Shown in pieces: positions 23,990-31,830 of a stretch of 32,000 bases of DNA; positions within the stretch are counted from its first letter, which is position 1, and every line of letters begins with the position of its first letter. The stretch covers positions 6,240,001 to 6,272,000 of the forward strand of contig NZ_CP042911.1 of the NCBI RefSeq assembly GCF_008065095.1, in the 5' to 3' direction. The translations under genes and the position numbers were made by a program. A model generated the notes under the pieces. The model made no database searches and had not been told where the DNA came from. It saw only the letters and a program-made list of their open reading frames with translations. The DNA comes from Gemmata obscuriglobus. Its GTDB lineage: Bacteria > Planctomycetota > Planctomycetia > Gemmatales > Gemmataceae.

Positions 23990-25090
23990 TCAGAAGTCGC
24001 CGCCGAAGTCACCACCGCCACCGCCGCCGTAATCACCGCCCCCACCGTAGTCGCCACCGCCACCGTAGTCACCGCCACCGCCGTAATCACCACCACTGCT
24101 GTAATCGCCGCCGGAGCCACCGTAATCGCCGTCGTCGTAGCTGCCACCGGCTCCCGCGTCACCACTGAAGTCGCCATCGCCGGCCGTGGCATCGCTGCCA
24201 CTGTAGTCGGACGGGTTGTAGTCGGCCGCGGAAACGGTGTCGTAGTGGTGCGTGCCCCACATGCTGTCGTAGAGCCACATGCCGGCCATCACGCCGAACA
24301 TCCCGCCGAAGAACGCGGTACCGAACCCGCCGCCCCCGCCGCCGTACGCCGGGCCGCCGTAGTACGCCGGAGCGGTCAGCGCCCGGATCAGTGCAACCGT
24401 AACCCAGATGGCGAGGAGCACGCACAGCCCCAAGCAGATCCAGCCCCCGATGCCCATGGTTCGCTTCGTGTTAGTGGTGGTTGTGGTCGCCGTCTTCGCC
24501 GGGCTGCCGGTCGTGCTGCTCGCGACAACGGTTCCCTTCAGGTCACTAACGACGTATTCGACGGCCGTGTTCAGAGCTTTATCGCGGATCGTAAACTGTT
24601 CGTTATCGGACTTGCCGTCCTTCTTCGCCGCCGCTGCGTCTTTAAACGCGCTCAAGAAGAGGTCGCGGAGCCGTTGCTCGTTGTCCGCGGTGAACCCGCG
24701 GTCCCGGGTGGTTTTGTCAGCAAGCACCTGAACGTAGCCTGGGCTGCGGCACACCAGCACGAACACGCCCTTCGCCTTATCCCCGGCCGCGATCTCTTTG
24801 GCCCAGCTCTCGAAGAACCGGGCGCGTTCCGCCTTATCTTCAGGGAGCTTTTTGTCGGCCGGAACGCCCGATCGCGTTTCGACCACCATCGTCAGCCCGT
24901 GATCGAACGTCGTGTTGCTCATCGCGGTCTTGGCGCGATCGACCCCATCGTTGGTGAACAGCGCACCGTCGTCGTAAACGCGTAACACGCCGGGCGAGCC
25001 GGCTTTGCCGGCCCACGCTGGTGTTGGCACCGCGAGCACGCCGCCGGCCATCAGGACGGCGGCTGTCGTCAAACTTGCCAAGCGGTTCAT
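23990..25090 (-). CDS. TPM-domain (YgcG-like) protein with signal peptide, TM helix and Gly/Asp/Tyr-rich C-terminal tail (366 aa)
   Basis: ATG 25090 with [32 protein letters not shown]-type core. TM GGWICLGLCVLLAIWVTVALI. Tail GGDYSSGGDYGGGGDYGGGGDYGGGGDYGGGGGGDFGGDF. Confidence 0.85.
   Translation of the reverse strand: MNRLASLTTAAVLMAGGVLAVPTPAWAGKAGSPGVLRVYDDGALFTNDGVDRAKTAMSNTTFDHGLTMVVETRSGVPADKKLPEDKAERARFFESWAKEIAAGDKAKGVFVLVCRSPGYVQVLADKTTRDRGFTADNEQRLRDLFLSAFKDAAAAKKDGKSDNEQFTIRDKALNTAVEYVVSDLKGTVVASSTTGSPAKTATTTTTNTKRTMGIGGWICLGLCVLLAIWVTVALIRALTAPAYYGGPAYGGGGGGFGTAFFGGMFGVMAGMWLYDSMWGTHHYDTVSAADYNPSDYSGSDATAGDGDFSGDAGAGGSYDDGDYGGSGGDYSSGGDYGGGGDYGGGGDYGGGGDYGGGGGGDFGGDF
23993..24136 (-). 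repeat. In-frame degenerate tandem repeat encoding (G)nDY units
   Basis: Periodic ...accgccaccgccgtaatc / accgccaccgtagtc... units are visible on the plus strand. It is coding low-complexity sequence, not a spacer array. Confidence 0.7.
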
Positions 25091-25147
25091 TGTTTCTCCC
25101 TGTGGTAGCGGGCGGGGCATGGCAACCGCCACACGAGCGTATCTATT

Positions 25148-25720
25148 CTACTTGATGGTTCCCTTCAGGACGCCCGAAACGTACTCGACCGCGTTCGACA
25201 GGCTCTTGTCCCGAATCTTAAACAACTCTTCGTCGGACTTGCCGTCCTTTTTGGCCGCCGCCGCGTACTTGAACGCGGTCGTAAACATGTCACGGAGCCG
25301 TTGCTCGTTCTCCACGGTGAACCCGCGGTCGCGGGTGGCTTTGTCCGCGAGCACCTGAACGTAGCCCGGGCTGCGGCACACGAGCACGTATACGCCCTTG
25401 GCTCGATCGCCGCTCGCGGCGGACTTCGCCCAGCTCTCGAAGAACTTGGGGCGCTCGCCGGGTTCGGCGGGCAACTTCCGGTCCTTCGGCACCGCGGCGT
25501 GCGTGTCGACGGTCAGCACCGTCTCGTGATCGAACACCGTCTTTCCCAACGCCACTTTGCCGCGATCAATGGCCGTTTCGGTGAACAGTGCGGCGCCGTC
25601 GTACACGTGCAGCACGCCGGGCTTCTTCTTCTGTGGCGCCGCGTCCACGCGGGGCGCGACAATCAGCCCTGCGGTCAGCACAGCAAGGACCGAGCCGAGT
25701 CCGACAATCGACCGAATCAT
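25148..25720 (-). CDS. TPM-domain paralogue, secreted, no TM/tail (190 aa)
   Basis: Signal peptide [27 protein letters not shown]. By-eye similarity to the N-terminal domain of the downstream gene looks well above half of aligned positions, including the block [30 protein letters not shown] and [11 protein letters not shown]. Confidence 0.85.
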   Translation of the reverse strand: MIRSIVGLGSVLAVLTAGLIVAPRVDAAPQKKKPGVLHVYDGAALFTETAIDRGKVALGKTVFDHETVLTVDTHAAVPKDRKLPAEPGERPKFFESWAKSAASGDRAKGVYVLVCRSPGYVQVLADKATRDRGFTVENEQRLRDMFTTAFKYAAAAKKDGKSDEELFKIRDKSLSNAVEYVSGVLKGTIK

Positions 25721-25936
25721 TGGGGTGACCTCGGGTTCGCCGACCGGACCGCCGCTCTCGGCATTCTATCTCACGCGGAACCAGATACCGCCGCAAATCG
25801 TCCCTCGCTCCGCTCTCAGGGTTGTGTGGCACGGAGGCGTATCATACCTGAGTGCCTTTGCGAGGGAGAGGCCCGTTGCCGTCCGGTCGTGGCAGCGAGC
25901 CTGATAGGTATTCGCGGCCCCGGGAGCAATCTTAAC

Positions 25937-26473
25937 GTGTCACGTATTCGCGCCACAACTATTCTTGCCGTCAGGACTTCGAACGGCGCCGCGATCGGGG
26001 GCGACGGTCAGGTCACGCTCGGCAACATCGTGATGAAGGCCGACGCCCGCAAGGTGCGCAAACTGTACGACGGTAAGGTGCTGGCCGGCTTCGCCGGCGC
26101 CGCCGCGGACGCGTTCAGCCTGCTCGACCGGTTCGAGCAGAAGCTGCGCGACTTCCAGGGGTCGGTGCCGAAAGCCGCAACCGAGCTGGCGAAGGAGTGG
26201 CGCACGGACCGCATCCTGCGGCGTTTGGAAGCGATGCTCGTGGTCCTCGACCGCGACAACCTGTTACTCGTGAGCGGAACGGGCGATGTTATCAGCCCGA
26301 CCGACAACGTCCTGGCTATCGGCTCGGGCGGCCCCTACGCGCTGTCCGCCGCACGCGCGCTCATGCAGCACACGCAACTGAAACCTGCCGAGATCGTTCG
26401 CGCCGGGTTGGAGATCGCGGGCGACCTGTGCATCTACACGAACCGCAACATCGACGTTCAAGAACTCAGTTAA
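25937..26473 (+). CDS. hslV: ATP-dependent protease subunit HslV (178 aa)
   Basis: GTG 25937. (M)[12 protein letters not shown]: a short propeptide before the catalytic Thr, as in B. subtilis Cod[32 protein letters not shown] blocks. Confidence 0.9.
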   Translation: MSRIRATTILAVRTSNGAAIGGDGQVTLGNIVMKADARKVRKLYDGKVLAGFAGAAADAFSLLDRFEQKLRDFQGSVPKAATELAKEWRTDRILRRLEAMLVVLDRDNLLLVSGTGDVISPTDNVLAIGSGGPYALSAARALMQHTQLKPAEIVRAGLEIAGDLCIYTNRNIDVQELS

Positions 26474-26494
26474 GCGAAGGTGGAAGGAACAGAC

Positions 26495-27841
26495 GTGGCA
26501 GACTCGATGACACCCCGGCAGATCGTCGCCGAACTCGACAAGTACATCGTGGGCCAAGCGGCGGCGAAAAAGGCCGTCGCGGTCGCGATCCGCAACCGCT
26601 GGCGGCGGCAGCAACTCTCCGCGGAGTTGCGGCAGGACGTGACGCCCAAGAACATCATTCTGATCGGACCGACCGGCGTCGGCAAAACGGAAATCGCCCG
26701 CCGGCTCGCTTCGCTGGTCGGGGCGCCGTTCATCAAGGTCGAGGCCACCAAGTTCACCGAGGTGGGCTACGTCGGGCGCGACGTGGAGAGCATCATCCGC
26801 GATTTGACCGAGGCCGGAATCGGGCTCGTGAAGCAGGAGATGCGCGTCAAGGTGCGCGAGAAGGCACAAGAGAAGGTCACGGAGCGGCTGCTGGATCTCG
26901 TCGTTCCGTTGCCGAAGCGGACCGCCTGGGAGCCGGAACAGGAAAAAGAAGACGAGGAGCGCCGGCGGCGCACCCGCGAGAAGTTCCGGGCGAAGCTGGA
27001 AGCGGGCGAACTCGAAGACCACGTTGTAGAACTGACTGTTGAGCAAAAGGCCACTCCGGTGCAGATTTTCTCCAACCTGGGCATGGAGAACATGGACGTG
27101 GATCTGCAAGGCATGTTCGACAAGATGATGCCCAAGAACGCGCAGCCGCGGCAACTCCCGGTCAGGGACGCGCGCAAGGTGCTGCTGGAACAGGAAACCG
27201 AGTCGCTGATCGACCGCGCCGCGGTGGTGGAGCAGGCGATCGAGCGCGTGGAGAACCACGGGATCGTGTTCCTGGACGAGATCGACAAGGTGTGCGGGCC
27301 GTCGAACGGGCAAGGGCCGGACGTCTCGCGCCAGGGCGTTCAGCGCGACCTGCTGCCGGTGGTCGAGGGCACCACGGTCAACACCAAGCACGGCCCGGTA
27401 AAGACCGACCACATCTTGTTCATCGCCGCCGGCGCGTTCCACGTGTCCAAGCCCGCCGACCTGATGCCCGAACTTCAGGGCCGGTTCCCGATCCGCGTCG
27501 AACTCACCGACCTGACCAAGCCGGACTTCTTACGGGTGCTCACGGAGCCCAAGCACGCGCTCCCGAAGCAGTACGCGGAACTGCTCCGGACCGAGGGCGT
27601 CGAACTGGAGTTCACAACGGACGGGCTGGAGGCGCTGGCCGACATCGCGTTCGATGTGAACCGCGCGAACCAGAACATCGGCGCCCGCCGGCTGCACACG
27701 GTGATCGAGAAGGTGGTGGAGGAGGTCAGCTTTGAAGGCCCGGACCTGGATAACAAGCGGGTGGTGATCGACGGCCCGTTCGTGCGTAGCAAGCTCGGCC
27801 CGGTCATCCAGCGCGAAGACCTGAGTAAGTACATCCTGTAG
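26495..27841 (+). CDS. hslU: ATP-dependent protease ATPase subunit HslU
   Basis: MTPRQIVAELDKYIVGQ, Walker A GPTGVGKTEIARRLA, FIKVEATKFTEVGYVGRDV, IVFLDEIDK. GTG 26495 has GGAAGGAA upstream. GTG 26480 and ATG 26507 are alternatives. Confidence 0.92.
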   Translation: MADSMTPRQIVAELDKYIVGQAAAKKAVAVAIRNRWRRQQLSAELRQDVTPKNIILIGPTGVGKTEIARRLASLVGAPFIKVEATKFTEVGYVGRDVESIIRDLTEAGIGLVKQEMRVKVREKAQEKVTERLLDLVVPLPKRTAWEPEQEKEDEERRRRTREKFRAKLEAGELEDHVVELTVEQKATPVQIFSNLGMENMDVDLQGMFDKMMPKNAQPRQLPVRDARKVLLEQETESLIDRAAVVEQAIERVENHGIVFLDEIDKVCGPSNGQGPDVSRQGVQRDLLPVVEGTTVNTKHGPVKTDHILFIAAGAFHVSKPADLMPELQGRFPIRVELTDLTKPDFLRVLTEPKHALPKQYAELLRTEGVELEFTTDGLEALADIAFDVNRANQNIGARRLHTVIEKVVEEVSFEGPDLDNKRVVIDGPFVRSKLGPVIQREDLSKYIL

Positions 27842-27866
27842 GCCGCAAAAAGAAGCAAGAGGCAAA

Positions 27867-27992
27867 GATTGGCCACAAAAAAGCACAAAGAGCACAAAAG
27901 AAAACCAAGACAAGAACAGTGTTTTTGAAACAATCTGCTGTCTTTGTTTTTCTGCTTCCTTTTGTGCCCTTTGTGCTTTTTTGTGGCCAATC
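27867..27992. repeat. A/T-rich imperfect palindrome (34-nt arms with 1 mismatch, partly self-complementary 58-nt centre) between convergent hslU and dapA; likely bidirectional terminator and/or REP/MITE-like element
   Basis: Left arm 27867-27900 is gattggccacaaaaaagcacaaagagcacaaaag. Right arm 27959-27992 is its reverse complement except one base. The apex is tgttt-ttg-aaaca. Base composition contrasts strongly with the rest of the window. Confidence 0.7.
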
Positions 27993-28002
27993 TTCTTCTG
28001 TC

Positions 28003-28887
28003 TCAAATCAGCCCAGCCTTTTCGAGAATCGCCTTCAGTTTGGCTTTCTGGGCGTCGCCGAACGGCAGGACCGGTGACCGCATCGGCCCGGCGCTGCGGC
28101 CCAGGAGCGTCATCGCCTCCTTCACTGCGCTGTTCCCCGTACCGAGGCTCATCGCCATCCGCACACCGTGGAGCCGCGACTGGAACGCCATCGCGCTTTC
28201 GATGTCGCCTCCCACAAACGACCTGTAGATCCCGACGCACAGCTCCGGCGCGATGTTGCACGACGCCGGAATGGCCCCATCGGCACCGGCTTGAAGCGCG
28301 GCGAGAATGAGGGTGTCGCGGCCGTTCAACACGCTGAACTTGCCCCGCGGCGTTTGGCGGATGATCTCGATCGTGTTTTGCAGGTCGCCGGACGAGTCCT
28401 TGATGCCGACGATGTTGGGCACCTCCGCGAGCCGAGCGACGGTTTCGGGCTCGATGCTCAGCCCGCCGCAGGTCGCCGGGTTGTTGTACAGCACGACTGG
28501 CAGCGACGTGCTCTCGGCGATACGGCGGAAGTGGTCGAACAGTTCGTTCTGGTTCGGTTTGATGAAATACGGCGTAATCACCGACACGCCTGCGGCCCCT
28601 TCCTTTTGAGCCATCCTCGTGAGCCGAACCACCTCGCGCGTGGTTTCCGCACCGGTCCCGGCGTACACCGGCGACCGCCCGCCCACGTGCCGGATCGCCT
28701 CCGCGACCACCGTTTGCTTTTCGGTTTCGTCGAGGGCATAGAACTCGCCGGTGGTGCCCAGCACGAAGACCCCGTCCACGCCCTTCGCGAGTACGTAATC
28801 GATATGGGTACGAAGGCCGGGAAGGTCGAGTTCCTGATCGGCGGTGAGCGGCGTAACGACGGGCGGAATGATGCCGCGAAGGCGCAT
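28003..28887 (-). CDS. dapA: Dihydrodipicolinate synthase family lyase (4-hydroxy-tetrahydrodipicolinate synthase-like, 294 aa)
   Basis: PPVVTPL, VLGTTGEFYAL, ITPYF, IVGIKDSSGD (Schiff-base Lys). Assignment within the DapA/NAL family was not resolved. Confidence 0.85.
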   Translation of the reverse strand: MRLRGIIPPVVTPLTADQELDLPGLRTHIDYVLAKGVDGVFVLGTTGEFYALDETEKQTVVAEAIRHVGGRSPVYAGTGAETTREVVRLTRMAQKEGAAGVSVITPYFIKPNQNELFDHFRRIAESTSLPVVLYNNPATCGGLSIEPETVARLAEVPNIVGIKDSSGDLQNTIEIIRQTPRGKFSVLNGRDTLILAALQAGADGAIPASCNIAPELCVGIYRSFVGGDIESAMAFQSRLHGVRMAMSLGTGNSAVKEAMTLLGRSAGPMRSPVLPFGDAQKAKLKAILEKAGLI

Positions 28888-28938
28888 GGGGGGGCTCCGA
28901 AAGTAGGTGCGGGCAGTGTACGCGGTCCGGCACGGGGT

Positions 28939-30579
28939 TCACTTCTTCTTGGGCGGCGCGTCCCAGATGGTTTGCATCAGCTCGTAAATCTCCGGCTCGC
29001 TTTCCTTCAATTCGGCCCGGTTGAAGGGGAAGAAGTCGTTCGCGCCGAAGTAGCTCTCCGTCATCTCTGCGAAGAACTCCATCGGGTTGGTCAGCGCGTA
29101 GTGCCGCACCCGCTCGCCGTTGTGCAACAGCGTCTTCTCCCCGCGCCCGCTCTTCTTGAACTTCTCATACGCCTCTTTCACGCGCGGGTGATCGAAGCCC
29201 AGAACCTGGTCGTGGTAGGCGTGCGCCAGTTCGTGCAGGATCACCCACGGTTGCTCCCGAACGTTGCGGCGGGTCACGATGTCGGCGGCGCGCGGCAGGT
29301 GGACGCACCGCGCGAGGTCGGCCGAGTACCCGTTCGCTTTTAGCCACCCGGCGCTCGGGTGGTACTGCATCGGCCCCAGGTTCCCGTGCGTGAGGTCGAG
29401 CACGATGGCCACCTCTTGCAGCTTCTTCACTTTGTCGGCCGGGATCACGATCTTGATGTCCGCGAGCTTGTTTTCGAGGAACCGGAGCGCCTTCGCACCC
29501 AGGTCGTCGTTCGGCGCCGTCAGGAGCCGGTCGTCGACTCGCACGGTCCAGCCTTCCACCGTTTTCATCGTGCGCGAAGTCGGCTTCGACGGCTCTTTCT
29601 TATCCTTCGGCTCCGGTTGCGGGGCGAGCAGCCTCACCATGCCCTGCCCGAGAGCGCCGCCGACCAGCACGCCGGTTTCGGCGTTCCCGAACTCGTGGTG
29701 CCCGTGCCCCGGGTTCGGCGACTCCTTCGCGGGGCGCACGAACGCGCGCGTCGAAACGAACGTCACATTACCCTTAAACTCCGGCCGCTCCGCCGCGGCG
29801 GCCTGCGCCTTCCGGAGGTCGCTCCAGGCGCCCGGCGCGTCCACCCACGGCCCGGTCAGCTCGCCGATCACGACCGGCAGCTTCGGCGCCTTCAGTTCCG
29901 TGCGCACGTCCTTGATGAGGTTGACGAGGTTCTGCTCGTACTCGGGAACCGCCTTCTTCGCATCGACTCCGTCGTTCCAGCCCTGATACCAGACGAAGCC
30001 CGCGAGTTCGTACCCCTGGTCAGCGTATTTGGGGAACTCGGCCTTCAGATTCGCCAGCGCCGCCCGCACGTCCGCGATCATCTTCGTGTAATACGGCCCC
30101 ACCTCTCCGCCCGAACTCGGCGGCCGGAAGTCCTTGTACAGGCTCTTCCCGCCCCACGCGGTCTTGATCAGGAGCACTTGGTTCTCGAAGTGATCGCCCA
30201 GCACGTGCCCGAACTGTAGTTCCGGACCGAAGTGGTGCTTGTCGCCGTACACACTGAACCCCATTCCGAGCGGCCCGGCCAAGAGCGGTCCCCTCTCGCG
30301 CTGGTACCGCACCCACACGTCGTCACGCGTGCCCCAGTCGCCCCGGTCGTTCCGCAGGTGCCTCACCAGCTTCGCCCGGTCGGGGTCATCAAGGAGGGTC
30401 TTGAGCGTCCCCTTGCCGTCGTTGTAGTCCTTGCCGCTGAGGTCCGTTACCGAGTGCCCCTCCATGTTCGACTGGCCGGCAAGCACGAACACCTTCACCG
30501 GTTTGGTTGCGTCCCCGGCCCAGATGTTGGGTGGGCAAGCAAAGAGGATCAGCAGACATGCGAGGCGGGTTGCGCGCAT
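28939..30579 (-). CDS. Secreted fusion: sialate O-acetylesterase/CE6-like (SASA) domain + MtfA/M90-like zincin domain (546 aa)
   Basis: ATG 30579 gives signal peptide MRATRLACLLILFACPPNIWAGD. VFVLAGQSNMEGH (30460-30477), WYQGWNDG, PGHGHHEF. C-terminal HELAHAYH (HELAH at 29221-29235) and NPMEFFAEMTESYFGANDFFPF. Confidence 0.85.
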   Translation of the reverse strand: MRATRLACLLILFACPPNIWAGDATKPVKVFVLAGQSNMEGHSVTDLSGKDYNDGKGTLKTLLDDPDRAKLVRHLRNDRGDWGTRDDVWVRYQRERGPLLAGPLGMGFSVYGDKHHFGPELQFGHVLGDHFENQVLLIKTAWGGKSLYKDFRPPSSGGEVGPYYTKMIADVRAALANLKAEFPKYADQGYELAGFVWYQGWNDGVDAKKAVPEYEQNLVNLIKDVRTELKAPKLPVVIGELTGPWVDAPGAWSDLRKAQAAAAERPEFKGNVTFVSTRAFVRPAKESPNPGHGHHEFGNAETGVLVGGALGQGMVRLLAPQPEPKDKKEPSKPTSRTMKTVEGWTVRVDDRLLTAPNDDLGAKALRFLENKLADIKIVIPADKVKKLQEVAIVLDLTHGNLGPMQYHPSAGWLKANGYSADLARCVHLPRAADIVTRRNVREQPWVILHELAHAYHDQVLGFDHPRVKEAYEKFKKSGRGEKTLLHNGERVRHYALTNPMEFFAEMTESYFGANDFFPFNRAELKESEPEIYELMQTIWDAPPKKK

Positions 30580-30746
30580 GAGGACGGAACTCGTGAGGTG
30601 ACCGGGGCGGGATGCCGACCGTTTTACCGCGCCGCCGGGTCGGTACGCAAGAATTCGTCTGACGGCTGTCTCCGGCACGTGCGGAACCCGTTTCGAGTGA
30701 TGGGTTCACTTCGACTCGCTGCTTTTAAACACACCAGGAGAGCGCG

Positions 30747-31136
30747 ATGAAGCGTGCGTTGTTCGGGCTGGCCGCATTTGTGGCAGGGGTGGCGCTGATG
30801 ACTTCGTCGGCGGTGTCCCAGCCACCCGACGGCAAGGGCGGTAAGGGAGCGGGCAAGGGTGGCATGCGCGCCGGGTTCAAATTGGGCACCATTCTCCCCC
30901 CGTTCATGGTCGAAGAGCTGAAGCTGACCGACGAGCAGAAGACCCAACTGGCGGATCTCGAAAAGGACGTGAAAACGAAGCTCGACAAGCTCCTCACCGA
31001 CGAGCAGAAGAAGTCGCTCGAGAACGCCCGTCCGGGCGGCGGCTTCCCGGGTGGGCAAGGCGGCGACAAGGGCGGCAAAGGCGGTGGCAAGGGCGGCGAT
31101 AAGGGGGGTAAGGGCGATCGCCAGCCGGGTGAGTAA
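30747..31136 (+). CDS. Secreted LTXXQ-motif (Spy/CpxP-like) protein with Gly/Lys-rich flanks (129 aa)
   Basis: AGGAGA SD. Signal peptide MKRALFGLAAFVAGVALMTSSAVS. LKLTDEQKTQL and LLTDEQKKSL. GKGGKGAGKGG and GGDKGGKGGGKGGDKGGKG tracts. Confidence 0.75.
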   Translation: MKRALFGLAAFVAGVALMTSSAVSQPPDGKGGKGAGKGGMRAGFKLGTILPPFMVEELKLTDEQKTQLADLEKDVKTKLDKLLTDEQKKSLENARPGGGFPGGQGGDKGGKGGGKGGDKGGKGDRQPGE

Positions 31137-31297
31137 CTCGCGTGCCAGGTGCGAGCGTGCCGCGCGTTGCCCATAAGTGAGCAACGCCGCGCTTCAAACT
31201 CGGCTGAATAGTTACAGTCTTGGAGCGATTGGTGAAGCGTCTCGCTCCCGAATTCTGCACCCGAGCGGCAGTCCATTCAGATCGCGCCACTGATGCA

Positions 31298-31830
31298 GCG
31301 TCAAGTTTTAATTTGGGGTCGAGCGAGTGAGCGAGTTCAGTTCGGCCCTCGCGTCTTCGAGGCGGAATTGCCACTCGACACCGCGTTGCTGGCCGTTGAC
31401 ATACTCGTGCCACGCGACCGCCTCCTTGCGCAACTTTTCGATCCTTGAAACTGCCGGCATCCCAATGACCTGAGCCTCTTGCCGTCGAGCACCTCGGGCC
31501 GTGACGCGTGGTCACGGGGTCGGCCGTGGGGGACTACTTCGAACCTCGACGTGACGAACCGTCCGCGGACGTTTTCGACAGTTCCGGCCCGGCACCCCAC
31601 GGCCTCGGCGATCTTCGCGTCTGTCCCTGGGCCGCCTGCGTCGGCCTTCGGCAGGACGTGCGCGCGACGCACCATCGGCGACCAGCCATTGAGCTTCTTG
31701 ACCACGTCCGCCACCGTCGCCCGCTCATTAGCGGTGGGCCGAACGATATACTTCTTTTGCGTGACGGAGCCCGGGGGCACAGCGTCCCACAAGCCGGGCT
31801 CAGTAACATCCTAATTCCTGGACTTGACAC
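31298..31830 (-). mobile_element. Internally deleted IS630-family element (MITE-sized remnant); boundaries approximate
   Basis: N-terminal HTH part KKYIVRPTANERATVADVVKK...RRAHVLPKADAGGPGTDAKIAEAVGCRAGTVENVRGRF...GRPRDHASRPEVLDGK lies in one frame. The IS630 C-terminal signature IEKLRKEAVAWHEYVNGQQRGVEWQFRLEDARAELNSL lies in another frame, ending at TAA 31308-31310. No DDE core lies between them. Imperfect terminal inverted repeats GCGTCAAGT..AATTTGG (31298-) and CCTAATT..ACTTGACAC (-31830). Confidence 0.55.
31337..31792 (-). pseudogene. Truncated IS630-type transposase ORF (HTH region only, then out-of-frame tail)
   Basis: In the 151-aa track ORF, homology-like sequence stops near LDGK. The remainder (FQGSKSCARRRSRG...) is frame-shifted relative to the conserved C-terminal peptide. 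Confidence 0.55.

Noticed and set aside
23993-24136. Short periodic repeats that could be mistaken for a CRISPR-like or minisatellite array
   Set aside because: The units are 12-18 nt, in frame, and encode the GGDY tail of a well-supported CDS. There are no unique spacers.
23291-24985. 564-aa plus ORF, and 23737..24201 on the minus strand
   Set aside because: They lie opposite the hemC, HIT and TPM genes. Their poly-Thr/Ala/Val stretches are simply the complement of the Gly-rich repeat.
25827-25845. TGGCAC (sigma-54 -24-like) and TATCAT (-10-like) upstream of hslV
   Set aside because: No TTGC/GC element lies at the correct 5-nt spacing for sigma-54, and there is no convincing -35 or heat-shock (sigma-32/CIRCE-type) consensus. 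Promoter rules for this lineage are unknown to me, so nothing is called.
27475-28228. ORFs encoding MATKKHKGHKRKQKNK... and MFFCFLLCPLCFFVANLLL...
   Set aside because: They are generated by the two arms of the A/T-rich palindrome. Their mirror-image composition (K/H-rich versus F/C/L-rich) is what a hairpin produces. There is no SD or coding periodicity.
26264-29343. 392-aa and 470-aa minus ORFs and a 391-aa plus ORF, overlapping hslU, dapA and the esterase-zincin gene
   Set aside because: They are antisense shadows. The real frames have unmistakable HslU, DapA and SASA motifs.
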